Below, in pieces: positions 39,682 through 51,096 of a stretch of DNA of 64,000 nucleotides. The notes beneath the pieces were generated by a model, which saw only the letters and a program-made list of their open reading frames with translations, was not told the DNA's origin and ran no database searches. The translations under genes and the position numbers were made by a program. The DNA is from Chloroflexota bacterium (GTDB lineage: Bacteria; Chloroflexota; UBA11872; VXOZ01). Positions within the stretch are counted from its first letter, which is position 1. Each line of letters starts with the position of its first letter. The stretch lies in contig OZ244922.1 of the NCBI GenBank assembly GCA_965221905.1, forward strand, positions 2,240,001 through 2,304,000, written 5' to 3'.

Positions 39682-40920
39682 GTGCTGTTCGAGAACTCGG
39701 CGCAAAAAGCGGAGACAATCGTGTTCTATCGAGACAAGATAATTCAGGCACTCAACGACAAGCGGGCCGCGCTCACGGAACTGGACGCAGAGCAACAAAT
39801 GCGCCTGAATGAGCTCTACGCCGCGCGCGATGCGCTTGCCGGTGTTTCCGCCGCCGAACTATGTGAGCGACTTGCCCCGGAAGCCGCGCCGGGCGCGCGG
39901 CCTACCGAAGAGTTCGACAGACAGCCGGACCTCCGCATCCAATTTCCGGAAGTCTGGGAGAATGTGGCCGCAATGCGGCACTGGGCGGCAGAAACGCTTG
40001 CCAACGTCACCGTTTGTGCCGTTGACGGCAGCCAATTACCAGCTACCAAGGATTTTCCTTTGCCGGTAGCCGCCATTCAGATCGCTTGGTTTGCCAATCC
40101 CCATCAGGCGAATGGCGCCTACGAAAAAGATGCACATGTCGAAGTGCTAACACCACGCGATCTTGGCGATGACGACGGCGATTCAAACCTTTGGGTTGCC
40201 TTGCGTCGCTATGAGCTTGAAGTGGCTCGGATCAACACGTTCATGCGGGAAAATTGCGGCAAGGGCGAGCGGGCAGTTGCGCTCTTCGACGGCTCGCTCA
40301 CAGTCTCATTTGCTGGGGGCCTGCCTGAGGAAGTGCGCAGTCGGTATCGTGCGGCAGCAGTGAACATGCTGCGGACTTCAGAGGAGTGCCGGGTACCCCT
40401 TATTGCCTACATCGATCGGTCACGGGCACGTGACTTCACGAGGATGCTCTGCTACTTCCATGGCGTCAGTCTCTCCAATGCCTCACTCATCAGTGACCCT
40501 GCCCTGTTGGATGATCGGAACGGTGACGGGATACCTTGGCGGCAGACCGCGTTTCTGTGCCAGCGGCAAGATGTTACACAGGATGGCAACTACACCGATA
40601 ATGAGACAGGCAAGAGCTACAGCAATGAAATCTGCTTCACTTATCTAAAGATCAACCGCTCACCCCCGTCGCGACTGGAATTTCCGGCGTGGCTGCTTCG
40701 TGCCGGTGAGCTGGACCGCGTGATAGACTGGGTGCGAGCCGAGGCCATCGTGGGCGGCGGTTATCCCTACGCGATACAAGCGGCCGATGCCGCCGCAGTC
40801 ATCGACTTTAGGGACCGGCAGCGGTACCAGCGCGCGCTTGAGGAATTTGGGGAGCGCCACGACATACGCACCATGCAGGCATCCGCGAAGCAGGCGAGTA
40901 AGGAACGGCGGCGGTCCTAA
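39682..40920 (+). CDS. nurA: NurA-family DNA double-strand-break resection nuclease
   Basis: AVDGSQ, LFDGSL, RLEFPAW and GYPYAIQAAD motifs; follows mre11-rad50. Start could be near 39721. Confidence 0.88.
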   Translation: MLFENSAQKAETIVFYRDKIIQALNDKRAALTELDAEQQMRLNELYAARDALAGVSAAELCERLAPEAAPGARPTEEFDRQPDLRIQFPEVWENVAAMRHWAAETLANVTVCAVDGSQLPATKDFPLPVAAIQIAWFANPHQANGAYEKDAHVEVLTPRDLGDDDGDSNLWVALRRYELEVARINTFMRENCGKGERAVALFDGSLTVSFAGGLPEEVRSRYRAAAVNMLRTSEECRVPLIAYIDRSRARDFTRMLCYFHGVSLSNASLISDPALLDDRNGDGIPWRQTAFLCQRQDVTQDGNYTDNETGKSYSNEICFTYLKINRSPPSRLEFPAWLLRAGELDRVIDWVRAEAIVGGGYPYAIQAADAAAVIDFRDRQRYQRALEEFGERHDIRTMQASAKQASKERRRS

Positions 40921-40932
40921 GAGGCTGGAGCG

Positions 40933-41535
40933 ATGAAGCAAAGAGCTATCGGACGCATCGTCAAGTCTAACTCCCACACGGACTACGTGTGCCAGGTCTA
41001 TGCCCCCAATGAGACGGCATACGACCCTCAGCCCAACGACTACGCCTTCGGCCGCTTTGTAAAAGCACCCATCGACGCAACAGGTGAACGCGAGGCCGTT
41101 GGCATCGTGTACGACACAATCCTTCTGAACCCGGAGTACGGCAGTATCGGTCCTCGCTTGAACCCTCCAAGCGAACAATTGGTGCTCTCCCCGGACTACC
41201 TTGTAGAGAAGGCCACTGCAGTCGGCATCATCATTGTCGGGCTAATCGACGGTGACACTATCGAGCACGGCGTCATTCCGCTCTCACTTCCCGTAGACGC
41301 CGAAGTTTCCAGCATTAGCAATGACGAAATACAGAGTTTCCATCAAGTGGGAGGGAAACTGTCGCTCGGCTATCTCCCCCACCTCATTTCGCACGAAAGC
41401 CCCCTGGTCACTGAACTCAGTCTCGCTGTATTTCGCCAGCTTCACGCGCTCTTTCCAGAGCCCGGCGACCGGCGTCTACTGAGCACACTCGCCGCCCACT
41501 TCACTTGGCAAGCGCGAGTAACACCGCTAGGCTAG
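40933..41535 (+). CDS. Stand-alone HAS-barrel-like protein (HerA N-terminal barrel homolog, no ATPase domain)
   Basis: IGRIVKSNSHTDYVCQVY...FGRFVK...VGIVYDT beta-barrel pattern; no Walker motifs; directly after nurA. Confidence 0.65.
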   Translation: MKQRAIGRIVKSNSHTDYVCQVYAPNETAYDPQPNDYAFGRFVKAPIDATGEREAVGIVYDTILLNPEYGSIGPRLNPPSEQLVLSPDYLVEKATAVGIIIVGLIDGDTIEHGVIPLSLPVDAEVSSISNDEIQSFHQVGGKLSLGYLPHLISHESPLVTELSLAVFRQLHALFPEPGDRRLLSTLAAHFTWQARVTPLG

Positions 41536-41606
41536 GTGTGCTTGCATTGAGCAGCAGGTGGAGGCTCACTTAACATTCCCGCAGTAAGTAAGGCGCCCAG
41601 CTCTTC

Positions 41607-42008
41607 CTAGTATTGCGTCGGCCAAACGCCGGGAACGCGGTATGCCTCGTGTTCACCCGGCCACGGCGGCATTGTGACTATCACGAATCGCAGCGGATGG
41701 TCTCCCGTTGTTCTGAATTGAAAGTGGGCGCCGACGGGGATCGAGAGGCTCGCGCCCGCAGCCACGTCCACAACCCGCTCCTCGCCACCCTTGCGCCGCC
41801 AGACTTGGCCCGTTCCCTCGAGGAAGTACCACACCTCTTCTACTGTCCTGTGCGCTACCGCCGCTGAAGTCTCTCCCGGGTTCAGCGTGCAGTGCACCAT
41901 ACTGCCGCGGCTCGTTGTAGACAGCAGCCGAATTTCGGACCCATCCGGCGCGAGCGTATCGTACTCCTTGGCGAGTTCCGTGTAATCCAGTTCTTGGTTC
42001 ATGCCCAT
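41607..42008 (-). CDS. Cupin-domain protein
   Basis: APDGSEIRLL, H..VEEVWYFLEG.G, IPVGAHFQFR and MPPWPG. Confidence 0.85.
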   Translation of the reverse strand: MGMNQELDYTELAKEYDTLAPDGSEIRLLSTTSRGSMVHCTLNPGETSAAVAHRTVEEVWYFLEGTGQVWRRKGGEERVVDVAAGASLSIPVGAHFQFRTTGDHPLRFVIVTMPPWPGEHEAYRVPGVWPTQY

Positions 42009-42357
42009 TGCCTCCTTCGACTCCTCCTGGGTGTAAGTCTGGCTGCATTCATGGCAGCAAAGCTGATTAGTGCCTTCGTAGCTCCATCAAGATTAAGTCA
42101 CGAGTGATGCGGCCTTGGTCGCTCTTGCGAAATCCATGCCTTCTTGAGAAGCTTCTCCAGGAAAGGTATCTGCGCCAAAACTGAAGGCACAGGCCTCAAA
42201 TGACGTAAAAGGTCGAAACGGCTGTGTAGGCAGTCGTGACCGCTCACTGCAAGACGCGTGCTGTACTATACTATCCGTTAGGATATCAAGGACCTTTGAT
42301 GAAGCCAGTGTGACGTCGAGTGAATCCGAGCTTGTATAGACTACGAACGGATTCTGG

Positions 42358-45300
42358 GTGGTACCTGACGAATCAAGCCGGCTTTTGTTCCGTTGCCTCA
42401 GTCTAGACCTGGAAATTAGCACTCGCGACGACCGCATCTACGCGTTAGCCGGAGTGCGCCCAGACACCGGCAAGTCTCTTGTCTTCCCCTCAGAAGGCCA
42501 GAGCATAACCGCCGCATTGTCTAGGCTAGACAATCTCAGTGGGGGCGCGGACTTTCTGCTAGGCCACAATCTGATCGCCTTCGATTTGCCAAAGCTGCAA
42601 GCTGCCAATCCCAGCTTACGGCTGTTGCGGCTGCCCGCCGTGGATACCCTTCGCCTCAATCCCCTCGCCTTCCCGCGCAATCCGTATCACCACCTGGTCA
42701 AGCATTACCAAGACGGGCAACTCAGGCGGGGGAAAATTAACGATCCGGAACTGGACGCGCGACTAACGTTGGAGGTCTTTAGCGACCAGCAAAAGGCCCT
42801 GCGCGCTGCGCCGGCCGACCTGCTAACAGCCTGGCATTGGCTGACGAGTGTACAAGATGGCACAGGATTCGATTGGGTATTCACGTTGCTCCGAGGCTCA
42901 GGCAGGCCCTCCGATTCTGAGGCGCATGAAGCAATTCGCAGACGGCTGACCGGCAACGCCTGCGTGACTCATGGGAATGAGGCCATAGCGAATGCATCCT
43001 GCCACGGCTGGCCACTAGCCTATGCGCTGGCCTGGCTGTCAGTGGCTGGCAGCAATTCGGTCATGCCGCCCTGGGTGCGGCACCAGTTTCCCGAAGCGGG
43101 ACACCTGGTGAGGCAGCTGCGCGACATCGCGTGTGCGGATTCTGCCTGCAACTGGTGCCAGGAACGGCACAACGCCCGCAAGGAACTTACTCGCTGGTTC
43201 GGCTTCACCGAATTCCGTCCCGAGCCGACGGATGAGTCCGGCCGGCCCATGCAGCAGTCTATTGTCGTAGCTGCCTTGGCGGGAGAACATCTGCTCGGGA
43301 TCCTGCCCACCGGCGCCGGCAAGTCGCTGTGCTACCAGATACCGGCGCTTTCCCGTTACGACAAGACCGGCGCATTGACGGTAGTGATTTCTCCTTTGGT
43401 CGCCCTAATGGCCGACCAGGTGGCGGGACTTGAAGCAAGAGGAGTCGATTCTTGCGTTACCATAAACGGTCTCTTGTCCATGCCAGAGCGGAGCGATGCG
43501 CTTGATCGGGTACGGCTCGGGGATGCCGGCATCCTCATCATATCACCCGAGCAGCTTCGCAGCGTCAGTGTGCGCCGTGTCTTGAGCCAACGTGAAATCG
43601 GCGCGTGGGTGCTAGACGAGGCCCACTGTCTCTCGAAGTGGGGGCACGCCTTCCGTCCCGACTATCGGTACGTTGGGCGATTCATACGCAAGAGGGCAGG
43701 GGAAGAGCCGATTCCGCCGGTGCTGTGCCTAACAGCGACTGCCAAGCCTGATGTCATAGCGGAACTCGTTGACTACTTTCAGAAAGAGCTAAATATCAGC
43801 TTGAAAGTCTTCGACGGCGGCGCGCGACGCACCAACCTAGAATTCGTGGTGGTACAAACAAGCGTTGGAGAGAAGCTCGCCCACATTCACCAAATCCTTA
43901 CGTCTGATCTACCAGATGATGAGTCGGGCGGGGCCATCGTGTACTGCGCGACGCAGCGACAAGCTAGAGAAGTCGCCGAGTTCCTGCAGGAAAAGGGGGT
44001 CGAGTCAGACTTCTTTCACGCGGGCCTGCCGCCGGAAACCAAGAAGGACGTCCAGCAGCGCTTCATCCATGGCGGTTTGCAGGTCATAGTCGCTACCAAC
44101 GCCTTCGGCATGGGAATCGATAAGCCGGACGTGCGGCTAGTGATCCACGCCGACATGCCGGGTTCCTTAGAGAACTATCTGCAGGAGGCGGGACGTGCGG
44201 GACGAGATCAGCGGGCGGCCCGCTGCGTGCTTCTCTACACAATGGAGGACGTGGAGCGCCAATTCGGTATGTCAGCCCGCTCACGGCTCACACGACGAGA
44301 AATCCACGGCGTCCTGCGCGCTCTGCGGAATCTGGACCGAAAGAAGCGCTTGGGAGGCGAGGTGGTGGCCACCGCCGGTGAGATCCTTGGTGAGGACGAC
44401 GAGAAGGCATTTCAGCGAGACTCCGCCACTGACGACACGCGCACGCGGACCGCGGTAGCTTGGCTGGAGGAATCTGAGCTACTGAACCGAGAAGAAAACC
44501 ACGTACAGATCTTTCCTTCCTCTCTACGGGTCAGTTCAGTGAGCGAAGCAAGTGCCAAGCTCAAGAAGGCCCACATTAGGGATGACTACCGCCGACATTT
44601 AATGACCATCTCAGAGGCGCTGATCGATGCGGATTCCGACGATGGCATCTCCACAGACGAACTCATGGCCGCATCGGGATTGAACTCAGAGGGTGTGCGA
44701 GCCGCACTGTACGACCTGGAGCGAATGGGTATTGCCAGTAACGATACGGTGTTGACCGCCTTCGTGCACGCAGGGGTGCAACGGGCTTCCCGCCAACGCT
44801 TCGAGCAAGCGGCAAATCTGGAGAAGGCCCTGATCGACCTCCTACAAGAGACAGCACCGGATATGGAAAAGGGGGACTCGTCAACGCTGCATCTGCGTGT
44901 GGCGACCCAAAGACTGAAGGACGAAGGTCATGCCTTTGCTCTGCCGGAATTCGTGCGTCGGATAATCCGCAGCATTGCCGCCGACGGGCGGGGCGAAGGT
45001 GGGGGTGGAGGAAGTCTTGGCGTGCGCGGGCGGGACAGGGAGACCCTGCAGGTAACCCTGCAACGCGACTGGAGTAGCTTGAAGAAGACCGCCGAATTGC
45101 GTCGTGCAGCCGCCAAGCGACTACTCGATCATCTGCTTGCCATTCTGCCTTCGGGAAGCCGCGGCACAGATCTGTTAGTCGAGACAACGTTGGGAAAGCT
45201 ACTGGCGGCCATCAGGTCTGACTTGACACTAACAAACGCAGTCAAGGACCCCGGCAAACTAACGGATCGCGCGCTGCTATGGCTGCACGAGCAGGAAGTC

Positions 45301-47484
45301 ATCCGCCTAAACAAGGGCTTAACCGTGTTTCGCCCGGCCATGACCATCCGCTTGCAGCCGGAGCGGCGCGGCTTCGCCCAGGCCGACTATACATCCCTCA
45401 AGCTTCATTACGACGAGCAAGTATTGCAGATTCACGTGATGGCGGAATACGTGCAGCAGGGCCTAGCGGCCATGGCGGATGCGCTGCGATTGGCCATGGA
45501 CTATTTCAGCTTGCGCAGAGAAGATTTCCTGCGTCGATGGCTGCCAGATCGAGACCAGGAGTTTTCCCGTCAGACCACACCGGAATCGTGGCAAGCCATC
45601 GTCGAAAGTCTAAGAAACCCAATCCAAAGAAGAATTGTTGCGGACGATAGAGAACAGACGAATGTCTTGGTGCTTGCCGGCCCCGGCTCGGGCAAAACAC
45701 GAGTGCTCGTGCATCGTATTGCCTACCTGATACGCGTCAGGCGCGAGAACCCTCGCAGCATCCTAGCTCTCTCCTACAATCGGCATGCCGCGGTCGAGAT
45801 TCGCCGCCGCCTTGCAGAACTCATTGGTGACGACGCCCGGGGCGTGATTGTGCTCACCTGCCACGCGCTCGCCATGCGGCTGGTTGGCGCGAGCTTTACA
45901 GGGCGTGCGAATAGCCTGAGCGAAGGAGATTTCCAGACTATCCTGAAACAGGCAGTGGACCTGCTCCGCGGGGAAGGATTGGAGCCGGATGAAGCTGATG
46001 AGTATCGAGCGCGGCTGCTGGCGGGTTTTCGCTGGATACTCGTTGACGAATACCAGGATAGTGGACCGGACCAATATGCGCTGATTTCCGCACTGGCGGG
46101 GAGAACGCTTTCCGAGGAAGACGATAAGATCAGTCTATTTGCGGTGGGTGACGACGATCAGAACATATACGCTTTCAATGGCTCTTCGGTGGAGTTCATC
46201 CGTCGCTTCGAAGAGGACTATGCAGCTAGACCCACGTTCCTCACTGACAACTATCGCTCTACAGCCAACATCATCGAGGCGGCCAATAGGGTAATTTAGC
46301 CGGCGCACCAGCGAATGAAGACCGGGCATCCAATTCACGTCAATCGAGCGCGCGCAAAGGACTCGCCTGGCGGCACGTGGGCTGGATTTGATCCGGTCGC
46401 CAGGGGTCGAGTCCTGATGCTGGAAACTGGAGACACCCCAATCTCCCAAGCACAGGCGGTCGTTGCTGACCTCAAGCGAATGGCAGGCCTTTCGCCCACC
46501 TGGGACTGGTCCGACTGCGCGGTGATCGCGCGCGAATGGAGTTATCTGGACCCAGTGCGCAGCCTTTGCGAACTTGAAGGCATTCCCGTGCAAATGGCAA
46601 ACGAGGAATTCACGGGCGTCTGGCATCTGCGGGAAACGCAAGCGCTTGTGAATTGGCTGCGCGGCAGAGAATCCCGCTTAGTGACGAGCGCCGGTCTGGA
46701 GGATTGGATAGCTCAGCAGCCATCAGGCATTTGGAATGAATTGTTGCTGGAAGCCATAGCCGAATTCGCGCTGGAGACAAGCGGCACGGAATCACCGGTG
46801 GATAACTTCATCGAGTGGCTGGCAGAGTGGGCACGGGAAGTGCGCCGCCGCCAGCGAGGGCTGTTGCTGCTCACCGCTCATCGCGCCAAAGGCTTAGAAT
46901 TCAATCACGTCGTCGTGCTCGCCGGCGGCTGGGGCCGCGTAGGCCGTGACGAGGACGTCGATGCTCCACGCAGACTCTATTATGTGGCGATGACCCGCGC
47001 GCGGCAGACTCTCACCCTTGCGCAACTTTCAGGAGATCAGCCATTCCAGGCAGCCTTTTCCGGCCTGCCATCGGTACAGCCTCGCAAGCCACTCCGCAAC
47101 CTTCCTCCGGCACGGCCGGAACTGACCCGTCAGTATCGGCGGCTCAGCCTGCGCGACATCTTTCTGAGCTTTCCCGCGTACAAGCCCTCCGGTCATCCGG
47201 TTCACCACGCCATTGCAGCGCTCTCGCCCGGAGATTCGTTGGATTTGCAGTCCGGTCCAAAACGCTGGGAGCTCTTGGATCGCGAGGGGACGGTCGTCGG
47301 GCAACTCGCAAGTAATTTCGCGCCACCCGATGGCATGAGCTGCACCTCTGCTACGGTTCTAGCGATCGTTACATGGGACAAAGAGAAGTCCGAGCCGCAA
47401 TTCCAAGGCAACTTTCGCTGCGAAAACTGGGAAGTCGTAGTACCGGAGTTGGTATTCGAGCCAGAGCGCCAGTCGGCGAACTGA
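42358..47484 (+). pseudogene. DEDD-exonuclease-like + RecQ + UvrD helicase fusion (about 1708 aa) interrupted by a single in-frame TAG at 46297-46299
   Basis: SLDLEI...GHNLIAFD...VDTL; RecQ PTGAGKSLCYQ, DEAH, ATNAFGMGIDK and QEAGRAGRD; UvrD AGPGSGKT, DEYQD, VGDDDQNIY and NYRS. ORF 46315..47484 is in the same frame and supplies TAHRAKGLEF and RRLYYVAMTRAR. Confidence 0.88.
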
Positions 47485-47907
47485 CTTGTGCTTCTGATGC
47501 AATTGTCCAATTCCGTTTCGGTCTGTGAATTTGGAAGTGAATCGGCTTTCACGTTATCGCCCTGGGAGACTTTCATATTTGGAGAGTCCGGAGTGTCGCT
47601 CTGCCTGCAGGCGCCACTCGGATAGTGGCGGTCCATGCGGGCAATGCAGGAACAGTTAGAAGCGTAGGGCGAGTTGATTCTAATTCTCGCTTTCAGCTTG
47701 TCCGGCTTACTCTCAAAGCCCAGGACCGCAACGACGCCTGCCCTTTAGCGTCCCCCTGCGTGGCGCCCGGCAAGGGACAGTCTACAGTGCGATCTTCGGT
47801 GTCCCTTGCGCAACTTGGCTGTGATATCCTACCTTCTGAGGCAACCTCTCGATACGGAATTCAGCGTCGAATTCAGGGGGGTTGGACTTTCAGGAGTTTT
47901 AGCTGCT

Positions 47908-49824
47908 ATGGGACCCTTCCTCGAAAGATGGCGCCGTATCGGCACGCGCCTGTATCTGGCTTTGGGAATTGCCGTAATCCTAACTCTGATTTCCGGTGCA
48001 GTAGGAGTCTTCTATTTCGAGCAGAGCGGCGACCTGAATTACCAGGTGCGGAATGAGTCCGTGCCGGCGCTGGAAGCAACATGGACTGTCGCTCGAGAGA
48101 CGGAGCGTTTGCGAAATCTGGGACTGGGATTGGCAGCCGAGCCTGATTTGGGGTTCCAAGGCTTGGCGAGGGGCACTGTGGTCGACTCCTTGGAACGGCT
48201 GGACTCTGCCTTGAATGTGGTGAGCGGCGTAGCAGAACTATCGGCGGAGGCGCAGGTAGTAAGCGATGCGGCATACGACCTAGCCGACGTAATAGACAAT
48301 CTGGAACGAAACCGTGAAGCGTTGCTGGGCACAAACCGGGTTGCCGCCGACTATCGTTTGATTCTGGCCACGAGCAGGTCGGACGCAGGTGAGTCCGAGG
48401 CGGCATTGTCGGTGCTGCGACAGGTGCTGGAGGCTAAAGACGAGACAGAATTGCAGAGACTGTGGGACGAATTTACAAGGCTGTACGCCACCGGCATAGA
48501 CCCGAGAGTGGCATCTCTGGGGGAGGGCCAGGGCGTATTCTATGTCCGCAGCCTTCAACTGGCACTGGAAGCAAACACAAGAGACCTCGCTGCATCATTT
48601 GAAGCGTCTAGTGTGACTCTGGAAAACGCGGTTTCCCGTCTACTGGCGGCGTCCCAGTCCCATTCCGCGGAGTCACTTGGACTGGCGGTCGGCAGCTTTG
48701 ACGAAGGACGGACCCTCTTGACGGCCATTAGCGTTATCAGCGTGATCGTGGCGACGCTGGCAGCATGGCTATGGGTGGGAAACGGCATGGTGCGGCGACT
48801 CTCGCGCATGTCGGAGCGCATGCGGCGCATGGCAGAGGGAGACTTGGAAACTCCGGTCCCGGAAGTGGGGCAAGATGAGATTGGTGAGTTGGCAAGCGCG
48901 CTGGAAGTGTTCCGCGAACAAGCGCTGGAAGTCCAACGCCTCAACCTCGTTGAGAAGCTTTATGAAGAGCTGCGCCAGACCAATGATGAGTTGAAACGGA
49001 CCCAAGCGCGCCTCATCGCCCAGGAGAAACTTGCCGCCCTTGGTGAGCTGGTCTCCGGGGTCGCCCACGAAATGAGGAACCCGTTGAACTTTGTCAACAA
49101 CTTCTCCGAAGGAACGCTTGAACTTTACAGCGAACTAAAGGAGATGTTGGACACATATCGGGATAAGATGTCGGCTGATGATTCGGCGCTGCTGGACGAT
49201 ATCAGTGAGGAGATGAACACAAGCCTCAACCGCGTTCTTTCGAACGGGGGACGCGCGCTGGCCATCGTGGAGCGAATGCGGGGTCTGGGAGTAGTGGGCG
49301 GAGATCCGGTGATGACCGAGTTGAACGGCATTCTGCGCGATGCGGTGCAAGCGGGATGCAACAACTATAGCGCCGACGTAGCGGACTTCACCGTGCGGAC
49401 GGTCTTCGACTTAGATCCGGCGGTGGGAGAACTATCCCTGGTTGAGACAGACTTTGGTGAAGCAATGTTGAACTTGGTGAGAAACGCCTGCTATGCCATG
49501 GAACTGAAGAAAGAAGCATCCGATGTAGCGTATGAGCCGATTCTGGCGGTCTCGTCGCGCTTAGTCAACGACATGGTGGAAATCCGAGTCCGCGACAACG
49601 GCACCGGTATCAAGGATGACGTTCTCAGCCAGATATTCAATCCCTTCTTCTCAACTCGGGAAGGCGTTTCAGGCGCCGGGCTCGGACTTCCCATCGCCGC
49701 TGACGTTGCCCGCAGGTTTGGAGGCGACCTGTCTGTGGACACAGTTTACGGTGAGTACACTGAATTCGCCATGTTACTACCGACGACTACGACTGCTCCA
49801 ACGGAGACCGGCTCACTGGTCTAG
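47908..49824 (+). CDS. Membrane sensor histidine kinase (helical extracytoplasmic domain, HAMP, HisKA, HATPase)
   Basis: Two TM helices; HAMP EGDL...DEIGELA; H-box VAHEMRNPLN; NLVRNA, DNGTGI, FNPFFST and GAGLGL. Confidence 0.92.
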   Translation: MGPFLERWRRIGTRLYLALGIAVILTLISGAVGVFYFEQSGDLNYQVRNESVPALEATWTVARETERLRNLGLGLAAEPDLGFQGLARGTVVDSLERLDSALNVVSGVAELSAEAQVVSDAAYDLADVIDNLERNREALLGTNRVAADYRLILATSRSDAGESEAALSVLRQVLEAKDETELQRLWDEFTRLYATGIDPRVASLGEGQGVFYVRSLQLALEANTRDLAASFEASSVTLENAVSRLLAASQSHSAESLGLAVGSFDEGRTLLTAISVISVIVATLAAWLWVGNGMVRRLSRMSERMRRMAEGDLETPVPEVGQDEIGELASALEVFREQALEVQRLNLVEKLYEELRQTNDELKRTQARLIAQEKLAALGELVSGVAHEMRNPLNFVNNFSEGTLELYSELKEMLDTYRDKMSADDSALLDDISEEMNTSLNRVLSNGGRALAIVERMRGLGVVGGDPVMTELNGILRDAVQAGCNNYSADVADFTVRTVFDLDPAVGELSLVETDFGEAMLNLVRNACYAMELKKEASDVAYEPILAVSSRLVNDMVEIRVRDNGTGIKDDVLSQIFNPFFSTREGVSGAGLGLPIAADVARRFGGDLSVDTVYGEYTEFAMLLPTTTTAPTETGSLV

Positions 49825-49887
49825 ACAAGTGCCGCCGGCACTAACTCACTCAGGCGCCACTACCGTTGCAGGATGCCTGCGCTCGCC

Positions 49888-51096
49888 TCAACGCCTGCGC
49901 AGAATCAGGTGAGCGAAGACACCAATGGCGAAGATGAATGCCAAGCCCTGGATAGCCATCAGGGTCACACGCCTGCGTGGCGTTGATGCAATGCCTCCCA
50001 GCGTATTGCGGATGCGGGGCAGGGCGTCACCTACCACGGGGACAGCAGGCAGATCCAAGTCGCGTCGATCAGGCTGCAACTCCGGTTCGACTGTGGCCTG
50101 TTCATCCGGCCCCGTTGTCGAACCGGCAGCAGACTCGGCCGCGAAAGCGGCACCAGTCTCGGCCGTGGGTGTGGCAACCGTCTCGGCCCTAGGGGTCGCA
50201 ATGGGTGCGACTGTGGGCACAGCCTTGAGTGTTTGAGTTGGTGTTGGCGTGGGCGCCGGCGTCGGTGTGGGGGTAGGCGTCGGCGGGGGTGGCGGCGGCG
50301 GAATTGGTGTAGGTGTAGGTGTAGGCACGGGCGCGGGCGCGGGCGTGGGTGGGGGCGGGGGAATCGGTGTGGGCCTCGGCGTTGGTGTGGGTGTGGGCGG
50401 CGGCGGTGGGACCGGCGTTGGCGGAGGAATTGGCGTGGGTGAAATAACCGGTATGGCAGTGGGCGTAGGCGTGGGTGTTGGCGTTGGAGTCGGGGTAGGC
50501 GGCGGTGGCGGAATCGGCGTTGGGATAGGAGTTGGCGTGGGTGCAATTATTGGGGTGGCAGTAGGCGTAGGCGTGGGTGTTGGCGTTGGAGTCGGGGTAG
50601 GCGGCGGTGGCGGAATCGGCGTTGGGATAGGAGTTGGTGACGGTGTTGGCGTCCGAGGGGGACCATCACTCTTGTAACTCACCGTTTCACTGGATGGAGA
50701 GCCTACGCTATAGCCATCCTTTTCATCATCAAATAGAGAATTTATCTCGATTCGGATCGTCCGATTTCCCTTATCCTCCAGACCATAGCTGCCTGATTTG
50801 CAGGTGTCACCGACACGGAATACGAAGGCAATCAGCGCAGCAGCGTAGCCATCTTCCGTCGAATCGAACACGATGACCCCACCTCTGACCTGATCCGGTT
50901 CCGATGTGATAACCGGACTAATGCATACTGAGTACCTGATTTGTGTCCCATCCTGATACGCGCCACCCATTTTTACCGAATACTCTTCTCCAAATACAAC
51001 GTTGTCGGGCTGAAGAGCAAGGGCAGAGACAGCAATGCAAAGAGCCAGGACGATCCGCTTGGCAAAAGGGGATTTGAGGTGACTCAAAAACCGCAA
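49888..51096 (-). CDS. Surface protein with signal peptide, small N-terminal domain, Pro/Thr stalk and C-terminal TM plus RRR
   Basis: [15 protein letters not shown] signal-like segment; about 140 aa of PT/PP repeats; C-terminal hydrophobic helix ending in RRR. Confidence 0.75.
   Translation of the reverse strand: MRFLSHLKSPFAKRIVLALCIAVSALALQPDNVVFGEEYSVKMGGAYQDGTQIRYSVCISPVITSEPDQVRGGVIVFDSTEDGYAAALIAFVFRVGDTCKSGSYGLEDKGNRTIRIEINSLFDDEKDGYSVGSPSSETVSYKSDGPPRTPTPSPTPIPTPIPPPPPTPTPTPTPTPTPTATPIIAPTPTPIPTPIPPPPPTPTPTPTPTPTPTAIPVISPTPIPPPTPVPPPPPTPTPTPRPTPIPPPPPTPAPAPVPTPTPTPIPPPPPPPTPTPTPTPAPTPTPTQTLKAVPTVAPIATPRAETVATPTAETGAAFAAESAAGSTTGPDEQATVEPELQPDRRDLDLPAVPVVGDALPRIRNTLGGIASTPRRRVTLMAIQGLAFIFAIGVFAHLILRRR
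50462..50637. repeat. Exact 74-bp direct repeat (102-bp period) inside the Pro/Thr stalk
   Basis: 50462-50535 equals 50564-50637 (GGCGTAGGCGTGGGTGTTGG...GGGATAGGAGTTGG). Confidence 0.85.

Noticed and set aside
41536-42357. att-site duplicate of the tRNA-Val 3' end at the left edge of the accessory region
   Set aside because: No copy of TGGTGGGCAAGAGAGGACTCGAACC was found by eye, so island boundaries are not asserted.
46297-46299. Pyrrolysine or genome-wide TAG recoding
   Set aside because: Many intact genes here end in TAG, other lesions are TAA or frameshifts, and no pyl genes are in the window; a nonsense mutation or assembly error is more parsimonious.
50249-50677. Gly/Val-rich plus-strand ORF
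   Set aside because: Antisense of the Pro/Thr stalk gene, which has a signal peptide and anchor.
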